A DNA stretch of 64,000 nucleotides. Origin: Clostridiales bacterium (GTDB lineage: Bacteria > Bacillota > Clostridia > Lachnospirales > Lachnospiraceae). Positions 37,429 to 50,000 of this stretch are shown here, piece by piece (the first letter of the stretch is position 1; each line of letters starts with the position of its first letter). The stretch covers positions 3,932 to 67,931 of the forward strand of contig JAJQCD010000010.1 in the NCBI GenBank assembly GCA_021202925.1. Reading direction: 5' to 3'. The notes below the pieces were generated by a model. That model saw only the letters and a list, made by a program, of their open reading frames with translations, ran no database searches and was not told the origin of the DNA. A program made the position numbers and the translations under genes.

Positions 37429-37477
37429 GGACCGGCCAGGGAACCGCTGCAACCATGGAAGATCAGAATAGTTTGGA

Positions 37478-37560
37478 TTGACTTTTTGCGAAAACATGTT
37501 ATACTTGACTGAGTGCAGTTTAACAAATAAAAGCGTTACGCTTTAAAGAATAAAAGCATT
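37478..37560 (+). promoter_or_regulatory. Promoter plus palindrome and direct repeat upstream of the SSS gene
   Basis: TTGACT-16-TATACT (37478-37505); AAAGCGT-T-ACGCTTT (37530-44); AATAAAAGC(G/A)TT twice, 23 bp apart. Confidence 0.5.
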
Positions 37561-37595
37561 TAAGGCGCAGCGTGGTCGTAAGGAGGAAATGGAAG

Positions 37596-39137
37596 ATGGC
37601 GGTGAAGGTATTAATTTTGATTCTGTTTTTTGGGATTATGGTCTATGTGGGCGTGTACTCTCAGAAGCATGCGAGAAGTGTCAATGATTTTGTGCTTGGT
37701 GGACGCGGCGTGGGCCCCTGGCTGACCGCATTCGCATATGGAACTTCCTACTTTTCAGCGGTTGTGTTCGTCGGATATGCAGGACAGTTCGGGTGGAAGT
37801 ACGGTCTGGCTACGACCTGGGTCGGTCTGGGCAATGCGTTTCTGGGGAGCCTGCTGGCCTGGGTTGTGCTGGGCAGAAGAACGCGTGTTATGACACAGCA
37901 TCTGGCTGCGGCGACGATGCCGGATTATTTTGGCAAACGCTTCGACAGCGGCGCGCTGCGGATCGCGGCTTCGGCGATCGTCTTTGTGTTCCTGATTCCT
38001 TATACGGCTTCTCTGTATAATGGCCTCTCCCGCCTGTTCGGAATGGCGTTTGACATTCCGTATACCTTCTGCGTCATTCTGATGGCGACGCTGACCGGTG
38101 TATATGTGATTCTGGGCGGATATATGGCGACGGCGATCAATGATTTCATTCAGGGAATCATTATGATCTTTGGTATCATCGCGGTCATTCTGGCGGTGCT
38201 GAACAGCCAGGGCGGTTTTATGCAGGCCGTACGGACGCTCTCTGAGCTGGAGAGCGATGTACCCGTGACGCTGGGTCAGCCGGGTGCGTTTACTTCGTTT
38301 TTCGGACCGGACCCGGTCAATCTGCTGGGCGTCGTGATTCTGACTTCTCTTGGTACCTGGGGGTTGCCGCAGATGGTACATAAGTTCTATACGATCAAGG
38401 ACGAGAAGGCGGTTCAGACCGGTACGGTGATTTCGACCTTCTTTGCCGTGATCATCTCCGGCGGATGCTATTTCCTGGGCGGTTTTGGCCGTCTGTTTGA
38501 CAATCCCGCGATTTACAGTGAGAGCGGCAGTATTGTCTATGATGCGATCATTCCGCAGATGCTTTCGACGCTGCCGGATATTCTGATCGGTATCGTGGTA
38601 ATCCTGGTGCTGTCTGCGTCCATGTCTACGTTGTCTTCCCTGGTTCTGACCTCCAGTTCGACACTGACGCTGGATTTCATCAAGGGTACGGTAATGAAGG
38701 AGATGGATGATAAGAAGCAGCTTCTGACCATCCGTGTGCTGATTGTTTTCTTCATTGTTATTTCCGTCGTGCTGGCACTCGATCCGCCGACCTTTATTGC
38801 GCAGCTGATGGGTATTTCCTGGGGAGCGCTGGCAGGCGCATTCCTGGCCCCGTTCCTTTATGGCCTGTTCTGGAAGAGAACAACGAGGGCGGCCGTGTGG
38901 GTGAGCTTTGTCCTTGGCGTCGGCATTACGGTTTCAAACATGTTCATTCATTTTATCGCTTCTCCGATCAATGCGGGAGCAGCGGCCATGATCGTTGGTC
39001 TGATCGTTGTTCCGATTGTCAGTATTCTGACGCCCAAGCCGGATGCGAAGCGCACGGAGGAAATTTTCGCCTGTTACGAGACGAACGTGTATGGGAGACT
39101 GGAGACGCCGTTGCCGAACAAAGAGGAGCGGAAGTAA
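37596..39137 (+). CDS. Sodium:solute symporter family protein
   Basis: DFVLGGRGVGPW, SYFSAVVFVGYAG, GLPQMVHKFY, SASMSTLSS. Confidence 0.92.
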   Translation: MAVKVLILILFFGIMVYVGVYSQKHARSVNDFVLGGRGVGPWLTAFAYGTSYFSAVVFVGYAGQFGWKYGLATTWVGLGNAFLGSLLAWVVLGRRTRVMTQHLAAATMPDYFGKRFDSGALRIAASAIVFVFLIPYTASLYNGLSRLFGMAFDIPYTFCVILMATLTGVYVILGGYMATAINDFIQGIIMIFGIIAVILAVLNSQGGFMQAVRTLSELESDVPVTLGQPGAFTSFFGPDPVNLLGVVILTSLGTWGLPQMVHKFYTIKDEKAVQTGTVISTFFAVIISGGCYFLGGFGRLFDNPAIYSESGSIVYDAIIPQMLSTLPDILIGIVVILVLSASMSTLSSLVLTSSSTLTLDFIKGTVMKEMDDKKQLLTIRVLIVFFIVISVVLALDPPTFIAQLMGISWGALAGAFLAPFLYGLFWKRTTRAAVWVSFVLGVGITVSNMFIHFIASPINAGAAAMIVGLIVVPIVSILTPKPDAKRTEEIFACYETNVYGRLETPLPNKEERK

Positions 39138-39380
39138 GCGCGTATCCGACGTTTTTTGCAGGGACGGTGTCCGTACCGAGAAGCGCATAACAGAAAGATT
39201 GGAATTTGCAGAGAGCCGTTGCGATTTTGTTTGCAAATTTTCCGGATGTAGTATATACTATGAAAGTGTTGCCAGGCGGCTGTGCGGACTGCGTGCTTGC
39301 GACGCGAAGCCAGTCCTTTAGGGCACGCCGGTTTACAATCATGTATGCGCAGAAAAGACGGAAGGAAGGATAGAAGAAAT

Positions 39381-39890
39381 ATGTCACTGTTGGAGAACTG
39401 GAGAAACCTTGCTTACGGCAAGGATTTGAATGATAAACAGAAGGATCAGCTGTGGAAGGGTTATTTTGCTGTTGAGAAGGGAATTTATGAGCAGATTCTG
39501 TCGGATCCGACTCAGGTGGTTACCGGTACTGTGAAGCAGCTGGCTGAGAAATACGGCACAGAGATCCTGATTATGACCGGATTTCTGGATGGAATCAATG
39601 AGAGCCTGAAGGGATATCAGAATCCGATTGAGACCATGGATGAGGATACGGAGGTTAAGATCGAGATTGATCCGGAAAAGCTCTATTATAATATGGTAGA
39701 GGCGAAGGCGAACTGGCTGTATGAGCTGCCCCAGTGGGATGCGATCCTGACGGAGGAGAGACGGAAGGAACTTTATAAGCAGCAGAAGGCTTCCGGAACC
39801 ATTCGCAAGGAAAAGAAGATTTTTCCGAATGATCCGTGTCCGTGCGGGAGTGGCAAGAAGTATAAAAAGTGTTGCGGCAGGAATGCATAA
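39381..39890 (+). CDS. SEC-C motif protein
   Basis: C-terminal [18 protein letters not shown]. Confidence 0.9.
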   Translation: MSLLENWRNLAYGKDLNDKQKDQLWKGYFAVEKGIYEQILSDPTQVVTGTVKQLAEKYGTEILIMTGFLDGINESLKGYQNPIETMDEDTEVKIEIDPEKLYYNMVEAKANWLYELPQWDAILTEERRKELYKQQKASGTIRKEKKIFPNDPCPCGSGKKYKKCCGRNA

Positions 39891-40008
39891 AAAGGAAAGC
39901 AGGGGGCATACGGGATGACCGGAGCCGCCTGCTTTCATGCGTGGTGGGGCGCCGTGCGAGCGGCGCATCGTCGTTTACCCCATAGCATACGGAAGGAGGA
40001 CGGACGAG

Positions 40009-40782
40009 TTGGATGCATATTCTGCTTTTGCCTGGGTATACGATCTGTTTATGGATGATGTTCCTTATGAGACGTGGTGTGATTATCTGTCGGGTCTGCT
40101 GGCAGATTATGGCGTCCGGGAGGGACTGGTGCTGGATCTCGGATGTGGAACCGGGACGCTTACGAGACTGCTGGCGGCGCGTGGATATGATATGATCGGC
40201 GTCGACTGTTCCGGGGAAATGCTGGAGGAAGCGCAGGAGAAGGAGAGGGAAGATCCGGCCGGAATTCTGTATCTGCTTCAGGATATGCGCGAGTTTGAAC
40301 TGTATGGGACGGTGCGGGCGATTGTCAGCATCTGCGATTCGATGAATTATCTGACCTCGTATGAGGATCTGGTACAGGTGCTGCGGCTGGCGAACAATTA
40401 TCTGGATCCGGGAGGAGTGTTTCTCTTTGATCTGAACACCGTCTATAAATACCGGAATGAACTGGGAGAGCGCACGATCGCGGAGAACCGGGAAGAAGGA
40501 AGCTTCATCTGGGAAAATTATTTCGATGAGGATGAGAAGATCAACGAATATGACCTGACGCTGTTTATCCGTGAGGAGGATGGACGGTATCAGAAGTACG
40601 AGGAGACTCATTTTCAGAAAGCATATGAGCCGGAGACGGTGAGGCGTGCGATTGCAGAGGCGGGAATGGAATTTGTCGCAATGTACGATGCGTTCACCAG
40701 GGAAGCCCCGCGACCGGACAGCGGGCGCGTATATGTGATTGCACGGGAACGTGGGAAGAAGCGGGGAGCTTTGGATGCGTGA
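40009..40782 (+). CDS. Class I SAM-dependent methyltransferase (YqeM-like)
   Basis: TTG start with RBS; VLDLGCGTG, GVDCSGEML, CDSMNY. Confidence 0.9.
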   Translation: MDAYSAFAWVYDLFMDDVPYETWCDYLSGLLADYGVREGLVLDLGCGTGTLTRLLAARGYDMIGVDCSGEMLEEAQEKEREDPAGILYLLQDMREFELYGTVRAIVSICDSMNYLTSYEDLVQVLRLANNYLDPGGVFLFDLNTVYKYRNELGERTIAENREEGSFIWENYFDEDEKINEYDLTLFIREEDGRYQKYEETHFQKAYEPETVRRAIAEAGMEFVAMYDAFTREAPRPDSGRVYVIARERGKKRGALDA

Positions 40783-40845
40783 CAGATCGAGTAGAATAAG
40801 AATGTGTTTCTTCCATTGGAAGAACGAGAGAAGGAGGAAGAAATC

Positions 40846-41724
40846 ATGTCAGACTATATGATCCGGGCGACGGCGGCGGACGGACAGATTCGTGCGTTTG
40901 CTGCGACAACCGGTGAACTGGTGGAATTTGCAAGACGTGCGCACAATACCAGCCCGGTGGCGACGGCGGCGCTCGGGCGTCTGCTGACGGCAGGCGCAAT
41001 GATGGGCGCGATGATGAAGGGTGAGGAGGATCTCCTGACGATCAAGATCGAGGGAGGCGGACCGATCGGCGGACTGACAGTGACCGCGGATGCAAAAGGA
41101 AATGTGAAGGGCTATGTCAACAATCCGGACGTGATGCTGCCGCCGAATGCAAAGGGAAAGCTGGATGTGGGCGGTGCGCTGGGACTTGGTGTTTTAAGCG
41201 TCATCCGGGATATCGGGCTCAAGGAACCGTATGTTGGCCAGACGATTCTGGTGACTGGGGAAATTGCGGAAGATCTGACGTATTATTTTTCGACGTCGGA
41301 GCAGACGCCATCGAGTGTGGCGCTTGGTGTCCTGATGAACCGGGAGAATACGGTGCGGCAGGCGGGCGGTTTCATTCTGCAGCTGTTGCCGGGCGCTTCG
41401 GAGGAAGTGATTGGCGGACTGGAAAAAAAGCTGGCCGGAATTTCATCCGTTACGGAGCTTCTGGACCAGGGCATGACGCCGGAGAATATTCTGGAGTATG
41501 TGATCGGGGAATGGGGGCTTGAGCTTCTGGATCGGATGCCGACCCGGTTTGCCTGCAACTGTTCCAGACAGAGAATTGAGAAGGCACTTATCAGTGTCGG
41601 AAAGAACGAGCTGCAAAGCATGATCGAGGAAGGGAAAACCATCGAAGTCAACTGCCATTTCTGCGGAAAGCATTATCCGATTACGGTGGAGGAGCTGCGA
41701 ATCCTGCTGGCGCAGGCGGTGTAG
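40846..41724 (+). CDS. hslO: Hsp33 redox-regulated chaperone
   Basis: ATAALGRLLT, GEIAEDLTYYF, CNCS...CHFC zinc motif. Confidence 0.95.
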   Translation: MSDYMIRATAADGQIRAFAATTGELVEFARRAHNTSPVATAALGRLLTAGAMMGAMMKGEEDLLTIKIEGGGPIGGLTVTADAKGNVKGYVNNPDVMLPPNAKGKLDVGGALGLGVLSVIRDIGLKEPYVGQTILVTGEIAEDLTYYFSTSEQTPSSVALGVLMNRENTVRQAGGFILQLLPGASEEVIGGLEKKLAGISSVTELLDQGMTPENILEYVIGEWGLELLDRMPTRFACNCSRQRIEKALISVGKNELQSMIEEGKTIEVNCHFCGKHYPITVEELRILLAQAV

Positions 41725-41769
41725 GGAACCGGACACATTTGTCGAGGAAAGCGGACGGGAGGACGGAAT

Positions 41770-42330
41770 ATGGATCATAAGGCATGGCATCATTTCTGTA
41801 CGATTACGGAGCATAAGCTGCTGGTGATGAAACACTGTTTTCAGATCGGATTGTTCTGGCAGGGACTGACGCATGATCTGTCGAAATACAGTCCGGTGGA
41901 ATTTCTGACTGGTGTGGCCTATTATCAGGGAGACCGAAGTCCCAATGCGGCGGAACGGGATGCGAAGGGATATTCGGAGGCATGGCTGCATCACAAGGGA
42001 CGGAACCGGCATCATTTCGAATACTGGCTTGACTTCTCGACGAAAGCCGGTGGTCTTCGCGGATGCAGAATGCCGGTGCGTTATCTGGCGGAGATGGTGA
42101 TGGATCGCATGGCGGCTTCCAAGGTATACCGGGGGAAGGAGTATACGAATGCTTCCGCCTGGGAATATTATCAGCGGGAACGGCCGTATCTGGGGGATGG
42201 AATCATGCACCCGGACACCAAAAGGGAGCTGGAGAAGATACTGATGATGCTGCGCGACAGTGGGGAGCGCAGGATGTTTGCTTATATTCGAAAGCTGCTG
42301 AAAAGAGAAGACTATGGAAGCGGTTCTTAA
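41770..42330 (+). CDS. DUF5662 family (HD-like) protein
   Basis: HDLSKYSPVEF, WLHHKGRNRHHFEYW, EMVMDRMAASK. Confidence 0.85.
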   Translation: MDHKAWHHFCTITEHKLLVMKHCFQIGLFWQGLTHDLSKYSPVEFLTGVAYYQGDRSPNAAERDAKGYSEAWLHHKGRNRHHFEYWLDFSTKAGGLRGCRMPVRYLAEMVMDRMAASKVYRGKEYTNASAWEYYQRERPYLGDGIMHPDTKRELEKILMMLRDSGERRMFAYIRKLLKREDYGSGS

Positions 42331-42437
42331 GACCGGAGTGGCGCCGGGGAAGCAGATTCCCCGGCGTCCGTTTTCACAGGCCGCCGGACACAGCAGGAGA
42401 CGGTCGCATCGGCAGAAGGCTCATCCGCCTCCGGGAG

Positions 42438-42662
42438 CTATTTCCGGAGAATATCCCCCGGATAATGATACAGGTCCGCATAGGCTTCCAGTGCGAATTC
42501 ACTTTCCGGCAGCGACGGGATCAGACCGGTGAAGTCGGTTGCGCTGCCGCACCGAAACCCTGGGTCATCTGCCGCGTTTTGATGGCCGGATTCACAGTGA
42601 TACGGATCAGGACCGTTTGGAGCGGGCGGCGGCCAGCCGGGGTATTTCCTGGTTTCATTCAT
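42438..42662 (-). CDS. Small hypothetical protein, 74 aa
   Basis: GAGGTGG RBS before ATG; SATDFTGLIPSLP...YADLY pattern recalled from small Clostridia proteins. Confidence 0.55.
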   Translation of the reverse strand: MNETRKYPGWPPPAPNGPDPYHCESGHQNAADDPGFRCGSATDFTGLIPSLPESEFALEAYADLYHYPGDILRK

Positions 42663-42732
42663 AAAAAATCACCACCTCGATATCAGTATGAGATGGTGAT
42701 TCTTTTTTTATACATTTTTATACATATGGAAG

Positions 42733-44343
42733 TTATTGTTCGTTTTGTTTTGCAAGCGCGGCTTCGATGAATCCTTTGAAGAGAGGATGCGGGTGGTTGG
42801 GCCGGGACTTGAATTCCGGATGCGCCTGAGTCGCAACGAACCACGGGTGGGACGGAATCTCGATCATTTCGATGATCCGGCCGTCCGGAGAGATGCCGGA
42901 GAGCATCATGCCATGGTCGCGGAGCACGTTGCGGAAATCGTTGTTGACTTCATAACGATGGCGGTGGCGTTCGTGAATCAGATCCTGTCCATAGAGCCGG
43001 TATGCTTTGGATTCTCTGTTCAGAGAACAGGGGTAGGAACCGAGACGGAGCGTTCCGCCGATGTCCTCGATGGCTTCCTGGTCCGGCATCAGGTGGATGA
43101 CCGGGTGAGTGGTGTTCGGGTCAAGTTCCGAGCTGTGTGCGTCGGTATATCCGACGACATTGCGGGTAAACTCGACGATGGCAAGCTGCATGCCGAGGCA
43201 GAGACCAAGGAACGGGATGCCGTTCTCGCGGGCGAAACGGATCGAAGCGATCTTGCCGTCAATTCCGCGGGAACCGAAGCCGCCGGGTACGAGGATGCCG
43301 CTGACGCCGTTTAAATATTCTCCCTCATTTTCCTGTGTGACCTTCTCGGAGTCAATCCAGCGGATATGAACCGTGGCGCGGTTTGCCACGCCGCCATGCC
43401 GGAGTGCTTCAACGACGGAAATATAGGCGTCGTGAAGCTGGGTATATTTGCCGACCAGGGCGACGGTCACATCATGCTGAGGATGCTTCCAGGCGTCGAT
43501 CATGGCGCGCCATTCGTCCAGATCGGGTTCGGGGCAGGGAAGCTTCAGGCATTCGCAGGCGACCTCGGCCAGGCGTTCCTGCTCCATCGCCAGAGGCGCT
43601 TCGTAGAGAACTTCCACGTCCAGATTCTGCAGAACCCGGTTCTTCGGAACATTACAGAAAAGGGCAATTTTGGCACGGATGCTGTCGTCGAGCGGATGTT
43701 CGCTGCGGCAGACGATCACGTCCGGCCAGATGCCCATGCCCTGCAGATCCTTGACGCTGGCCTGCGTCGGCTTTGTCTTCAGTTCGCCGGAGGCTTTCAG
43801 GTAAGGAATCAGGGTAACGTGAATCAGAATCGCGTTCTCATGGCCGATTTCATGCTGAAACTGACGGATCGCTTCGAGAAAAGGCTGGCTTTCGATGTCG
43901 CCGACGGTGCCGCCGACTTCGATGATGGCAATCTCGGTCCCTTCTGTCGAATAGTTGCGATGAAAACGACTCTTGATCTCATTGGTAATATGGGGGATAA
44001 CCTGAACCGTCCCTCCGCCGAAATCGCCGCGCCGTTCCTTGTGCAGGACGCTCCAGTACACCTTGCCGGTTGTGACGTTCGAATTCTTGGTCAGGCTTTC
44101 ATCGATAAAGCGCTCATAATGCCCCAGATCCAGGTCGGTCTCGGCGCCGTCGTCGGTGACGAAGACCTCGCCGTGCTGAACCGGATTCATGGTTCCCGGG
44201 TCGATGTTGATGTAGGGGTCAAATTTCTGCATGGTTACCTTGTAGCCGCGCGCTTTCAGCAGACGCCCCAGGGATGCGGCTGTGATACCTTTGCCCAGAC
44301 CGGACACAACACCACCGGTCACAAAGACATACTTTACTGGCAT
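42733..44343 (-). CDS. pyrG: CTP synthase
   Basis: [46 protein letters not shown]. Confidence 0.98.
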   Translation of the reverse strand: MPVKYVFVTGGVVSGLGKGITAASLGRLLKARGYKVTMQKFDPYINIDPGTMNPVQHGEVFVTDDGAETDLDLGHYERFIDESLTKNSNVTTGKVYWSVLHKERRGDFGGGTVQVIPHITNEIKSRFHRNYSTEGTEIAIIEVGGTVGDIESQPFLEAIRQFQHEIGHENAILIHVTLIPYLKASGELKTKPTQASVKDLQGMGIWPDVIVCRSEHPLDDSIRAKIALFCNVPKNRVLQNLDVEVLYEAPLAMEQERLAEVACECLKLPCPEPDLDEWRAMIDAWKHPQHDVTVALVGKYTQLHDAYISVVEALRHGGVANRATVHIRWIDSEKVTQENEGEYLNGVSGILVPGGFGSRGIDGKIASIRFARENGIPFLGLCLGMQLAIVEFTRNVVGYTDAHSSELDPNTTHPVIHLMPDQEAIEDIGGTLRLGSYPCSLNRESKAYRLYGQDLIHERHRHRYEVNNDFRNVLRDHGMMLSGISPDGRIIEMIEIPSHPWFVATQAHPEFKSRPNHPHPLFKGFIEAALAKQNEQ

Positions 44344-44573
44344 GAAAAACCTCCTTTGATGATATGTGGGAAAGCTGTGCTGTATATAACATGAACGAAA
44401 ATGAAAAAATAACTCATCCATTATACATCGAAGCAACCGGGAAATCCAGATGTTTTTTCGGAAATTATCGTTTTTTTCCGCACAGTTTTCTTGATTTCTA
44501 TCAGGACAGTCAGTATAATGAAACATAGCGCTTCCAATACGAATGAGATGAGAAAGAGGAGAGTTTCGCATAT

Positions 44574-46562
44574 ATGGATTTTACGAATCATAATCAGCCG
44601 GAAGGCGGAGACGGGAATAAATTTCCGCGGAGCCAGGTACTGGTTGCGTTACTTATAGCACTGGTGACGTTGCTTGCCGCGACGATGATGAGAAATTATA
44701 TGACAGACAAAAGCCAGCAGGAGGTCACGTATGATGAATTCGTGCGTGATGTCGAAAATGGCGAGGTGGAATCGGTGACCATTCGCAGTGCGCGGATATC
44801 CATTGGATACTTCGAGGATTCCGAAAAATACGACCCGGTCATTCAGTATTATACGATTCCGATTACGGATCTGCAGCTGACAGAACGTTTGCTGGACGCG
44901 GAGGTGAGAATCGAGGTCGAGCGTCAGGACACGGCGGCGTTAGTGGAGTCGATCCTCAGTTTTGTATTGCCCTTTGTCATGATTGTTCTTTTCATGAACA
45001 TTATGCTTAAGCGTATGGGCGGTATGGGAAAGAGCAATGCCAAAGTCTACATGCAGAAGGAGACGGGCGTGACCTTTGCCGATGTGGCCGGTGAGGATGA
45101 GGCCAAGGAATCGCTGGTCGAGCTGGTGGATTTCCTGCACAATCCGGGCAAATATACGCACATTGGCGCGAAGCTGCCCAAGGGTGCGCTGCTTGTGGGA
45201 CCGCCGGGAACCGGGAAGACTCTGTTGGCGAAGGCGGTAGCCGGTGAGGCGAAGGTGCCGTTCTATTTCCTGTCCGGTTCGGATTTCATGGAACTGTATG
45301 TGGGCGTGGGCGCTTCCCGTGTCCGCAGCCTGTTCAAGCAGGCGCAGCAGACGGCACCCTGCATTATTTTTATTGATGAGATTGACTCGATCGGGCGCAG
45401 CCGCGGCGGACACAGCGGAGGAGATTCCGAGCAGTCGCAGACATTGAACCAGCTGCTTTCCGAGATGGACGGCATGGATTCTTCGAAAGGGCTTTTGATT
45501 CTGGCGGCGACGAACCGGCCGGAGATTCTGGATCCGGCGCTTCTGCGCCCGGGGCGTTTTGACCGTCGCGTAATTGTGGACAAACCGGATCTGAAAGGGC
45601 GCGTTGAGATCCTCAGGGTGCACGCAAAGCACGTCAATCTGGACGATACAGTGGATCTGGAAGCGATTGCGCTGGCGACTTCCGGTGCGGTCGGATCGGA
45701 TCTGGCCAATATGATCAACGAGGCAGCCATTCTGGCGATCAAGTACGGGAGAAGCGCGGTCAGTCAGAAGGATCTGTTTGAGGCAGTCGAGGTTGTCCTG
45801 GTGGGGAAGGAGAAAAAGGATCGCATCCTGAGCCGCGAAGAACGACGGATTGTTTCTTACCATGAAGTGGGTCATGCGCTGGTCAATGCGCTGCAGAAGG
45901 ATGCGGAGCCGGTACAGAAGATTACCATTGTGCCGCGGACGATGGGTGCCCTGGGGTATGTGATGCAGGTACCGGAAGAGGAGAAATATTTAAACAGCAA
46001 GAAGGAGATCGAGGCCATGCTGGTCGGCTATCTCGGCGGCCGCGCAGCGGAGGAGATCGTATTTGATACGGTGACGACCGGTGCGGCGAATGACATAGAG
46101 CAGGCGACGAAGCTGGCTCGCGCCATGGTGACACAGTATGGCATGTCGGAAACGTTCGGCCTGATGGGACTTGCGACACAGCAGGACCAGTATCTGACCG
46201 GTCGTCTGGTGATGAACTGCGGCGATGCGACTGCCGCCGAGGTGGATCATGAGGTGATGTGGATTCTTTCCCGGTCCTATGAACAGGCGAAGGAGCTGTT
46301 GAAAGCCAACCGGTATGCCATGGATGAGATTGCGGCGTATCTCATCGAAAAGGAGACCATTACCGGTAAGGAATTCATGGAGATTTTTCATCGCTGCAGG
46401 AAAGAACAGGAAGAGGAAGCGGCGGAACAGGCTGCATGGATCGCGGGGAACGATGGCCAGAGTCCGCGTACAATGGGCGAAAGTCCCATGGGAACGCCAT
46501 CACCGGTCATCGATTCTTGCTTTGTCAATGGCCTGATCGATCGCGTGGATGAGAACCTGTGA
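44574..46562 (+). CDS. ftsH: ATP-dependent zinc metalloprotease FtsH
   Basis: Two TM segments, [26 protein letters not shown]. Confidence 0.96.
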   Translation: MDFTNHNQPEGGDGNKFPRSQVLVALLIALVTLLAATMMRNYMTDKSQQEVTYDEFVRDVENGEVESVTIRSARISIGYFEDSEKYDPVIQYYTIPITDLQLTERLLDAEVRIEVERQDTAALVESILSFVLPFVMIVLFMNIMLKRMGGMGKSNAKVYMQKETGVTFADVAGEDEAKESLVELVDFLHNPGKYTHIGAKLPKGALLVGPPGTGKTLLAKAVAGEAKVPFYFLSGSDFMELYVGVGASRVRSLFKQAQQTAPCIIFIDEIDSIGRSRGGHSGGDSEQSQTLNQLLSEMDGMDSSKGLLILAATNRPEILDPALLRPGRFDRRVIVDKPDLKGRVEILRVHAKHVNLDDTVDLEAIALATSGAVGSDLANMINEAAILAIKYGRSAVSQKDLFEAVEVVLVGKEKKDRILSREERRIVSYHEVGHALVNALQKDAEPVQKITIVPRTMGALGYVMQVPEEEKYLNSKKEIEAMLVGYLGGRAAEEIVFDTVTTGAANDIEQATKLARAMVTQYGMSETFGLMGLATQQDQYLTGRLVMNCGDATAAEVDHEVMWILSRSYEQAKELLKANRYAMDEIAAYLIEKETITGKEFMEIFHRCRKEQEEEAAEQAAWIAGNDGQSPRTMGESPMGTPSPVIDSCFVNGLIDRVDENL

Positions 46563-46949
46563 GGTATAGCGGCTCTCCTCACCGTAGTCCAGGTTTTCGA
46601 GTGACTGGGTGGCAGTGATCTGTTCTGCGAGATGCTGCAGGGAAGGGGCGGCCAGTGGATACATGGCAGACACGGAGTCGCTCAGATCCGTCATCGCGAT
46701 CGAAGTAATACGGTCGGAATCCACCGTTACTTCGATATTGACTTCCTGGGAGCCGAGCTGCAGGGCGGTAGAGTAGGCGCCTGGGGTGTAGATCACTTCC
46801 GGGGAAGCTGCGGGGGCGTCTTTCGGCTTTGAGCCGGGGCGGAACATGATGAACAGGAGCAGGACCAGAAGAATCGCAAAACCGAGGAACACAGCGGTGT
46901 AGATGATTTCCTTCATTCGCAGGACCACAATTTTTGTTTTGGAACTCAT
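46500..46949 (-). CDS. Conserved membrane-anchored hypothetical protein
   Basis: MSSKTKIVVLRMKEIIYT, one TM, YTPGAY, MYPL; overlaps the ftsH 3' end by 63 bp. Confidence 0.75.
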   Translation of the reverse strand: MSSKTKIVVLRMKEIIYTAVFLGFAILLVLLLFIMFRPGSKPKDAPAASPEVIYTPGAYSTALQLGSQEVNIEVTVDSDRITSIAMTDLSDSVSAMYPLAAPSLQHLAEQITATQSLENLDYGEESRYTSQVLIHAIDQAIDKARIDDR

Positions 46950-47041
46950 GGGGAACCTCCGGGAATATTTGTTATACATTATTCTCAGAGGTTTCCATTT
47001 ATGCTATACTGATTGCCATCAGGATTCAGGAGGTGAGGGAG

Positions 47042-50000
47042 ATGTCGCTGGAGTTTGTTGTTGGTGGATCCGGAAGCGGCAAGACAACGTTTCTGTATGA
47101 CCGGGTAATCCGGGAGGCTGTCGCAGATCGGCAGCAGCAGATTTTTTTTGTCGTGCCCGAACAGTTTTCCATGCAGACACAGAAGGATCTGGTCGTGCGG
47201 CATCCGGATCATGCGACGATGAATATCGATATCGTCAGCTTTCGGAGGCTGGCCTGGCGGGTCTTTGCGGAACTTTCGGTTGCGAACCTGCCGGTGTTGG
47301 ACGACATGGGGAAGTCGATGGTTTTGCGCCGGGCGGCCGGGAGTGTGAGAAAGCAGCTGGTTCTGTTTTCCGGTCATCTCGGCCAGGCGGGATTTGTCAG
47401 CCGCATGAAATCCATGCTTTCGGAATTCTATCAGTACGGAGTGACCCCGGAGATTCTCTCTGAGGCGGCGTCAAAGACAAAAAGCTCTCTGCTGCGGCGC
47501 AAACTGGAGGATTTTGCCATTGTATACCGGGAGTTTGAGGATTATATCGAGGGACATTACATTGCGTCAGAACAGGTGCTGGATGTCCTCTGCAGGGTGA
47601 TGCGGGATTCCCGGCTGGTCAGAGACAGCGTGATCGTCCTCGACGGATTCACGGGCTTTACACCGGTCCAGTATCGGATCCTGGAACAGATGATGACGTG
47701 TGCCAGGCAGGTGATCGTGTCGGTGACGGCGGATCCGGCTGTCTCTCTGTATCGGGATGCAGGGATGCAGAGCCTGTTTCATATGAGCAGTCAGATGGCG
47801 ATCCGGCTTTCTGCGCTGGCGGAGAAAAATCATGTGAGGCAGCTTCCGGATCAGGTAATCGATGGAAAACGGGGAAATCGTTTTTCGGGTTGTCCGAAGA
47901 AGGAGAGCAGGGAATTAAACGGCGGGAAAGGACGGTCCGGCAGTCCGGAGCTTGCCTGGCTGGAGGGTCATCTGTTCCGATATGAGGACAGGCCATATCC
48001 GGGAGAGTCGGCCGACGGCATACAGCTTGTTGAGGCGGCAAATCCGTCCGCGGAGGTTGCGCAGGTCTGTCATCGGATTCTGGAGCTGGTTTGTGAGCAT
48101 GGCTTTCGTTATCGCGAGATGGCTGTGATCACAGGAGATCTGGCATCCTATGGAAAGGAACTGATCCAGCAGTTTGCGCGGCATGAAATTCCGTACTTTC
48201 TGGATGATCGGAAAACGGTAACGGACAATCCCCTGGTTGAACTGATTCGGGCAGCGTTGGAGACGGTCCGGAGAGATTTTTCCTATGAGAGTGTGTTTCG
48301 CTGCCTGCGGACCGGTTTCCTGACGGATGACCGGGAAATGATTGACCGGATGGAAAATTATGTGATTGCGCTCGGAATTCGTGGTGGGAAACGCTGGCGG
48401 GATACCTGGGATCGAACCAGCCGCGGCGGCAGAGCCGTCAATCTGCAGGAATTGAACGCGTTTCGTGATGAGACGCTGGCTCCGCTGTTTGCCATGCAGG
48501 ACGCCATGCGGGTGGAGGAGATCACGGTTGCGGGGATGACGGAGGCGGTGAGAGGACTGCTTGCCGCATGCCGGGCCGAGGATCGTATGAAGGAGTATCA
48601 GGAATATTTTCATGCGATCGGGGAACTTCGCCTGGAGAAAGAATACGGGCAGGTGTATGGTCTGGTAACGGAACTGCTTGACCGGGTAACAGAACTGCTG
48701 GGCACAGAGAAGGTCAGCCGGAAGGAATTCATGGAAATTCTGGACGCAGGGTTTGCGGAGCTTACGTTAGGCGTGATTCCGGCGACTGTAGACCGGGTCG
48801 TGGTGGGAGACATCACCCGTACTCGCCTTGCGCACATCCGTGTGCTGTTTTTTGTCGGCGTCAATGATGGAATTGTGCCGGTGAAGAAGGACGCCGGAGG
48901 TATTCTGACGGATCGGGAGCGGGAATTCTTAAGCGGACTTTCAATCGAGCTGGCGCCGACGGCGCGGGAGGACAGCTTCCAACAGAGATTTTATCTGTAT
49001 CTGATGATGACAAAGCCGTCAGACTGTCTGACGGTGTCTTTTTCGCGGACCGGCAGTGACGGGAAGAGCCGGCGGCCATCATACCTGATCGGCGAACTGC
49101 TGCGTCTGTTTCCGACGCTCCGGGTAAAAGAAGCAGAATGTGCTCCGCGGATTTATTCCATGGAGGAGGCAAGGGCGAGACTGGCGGATGGGCTGGGACG
49201 CTACCGTGACGAAGGAGCCGGAGAGGGAACGGCGCGTTTCCTGGAACTCTATCGGTGGTTTCTGACGTCCGGAGGACGGGAGCAGGAGGCAGAATCTCTC
49301 GCGGACGCGGCGTTTTATATCTATGAGAAGAAAGGCATTGGTCATGCTGTGGCGCGGGCACTCTACGGCAATATCGTCAAGGGCAGCGTAACCCGCCTGG
49401 AACAATACGCGGCATGTGCCTATGCACATTTCCTGCGGTATGGTCTGGAACTTGAGGAGAGGGAGCGATATGAACTGGAGGCTTCCGATCTGGGCAATCT
49501 GTTCCATGAGTCCATCAACCGCTGTTTCGTGCAGATGAAAGCCGGACAATGGGACTGGAGGACAATCACAGACGAGGAACGCCGCAGGATGGTTCATGAG
49601 GTGGTGACCGACGTCACGACAGAGTATGGCAACACGATTCTCAGCAGCTCATCGAGAAACGAATATCTGGCGAAGCGGGTGGAGACGATCACACAGCGCA
49701 CCGTCTGGGCGCTTCAGCAGCAGATTCAGAAAGGCGATTTTTCTCCGGCGGGGTTTGAGGTGACGTTTTCTGCGGCGGATCATCTGCAGGCGATGAAAAT
49801 TACACTTTCCGCAGAGGAATCCCTGCATCTGTCCGGCCGCATCGACCGACTGGATCTCTGTGAGGACGGAGAGACCGTCTATGTAAAAATCATGGATTAC
49901 AAGTCGGGCAGTACATCGTTTGACTTGCTGGCGTTGTATTATGGGCTGCAGCTGCAGCTGGTTGTTTACATGGATGCGGCGCTGGAGCTGACCAGGCGAA

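Noticed and set aside
46500-46562. 63-bp convergent overlap of ftsH and the hypothetical gene
   Set aside because: Short 3' overlaps with a non-conserved FtsH tail are common, and there is no sign of function.
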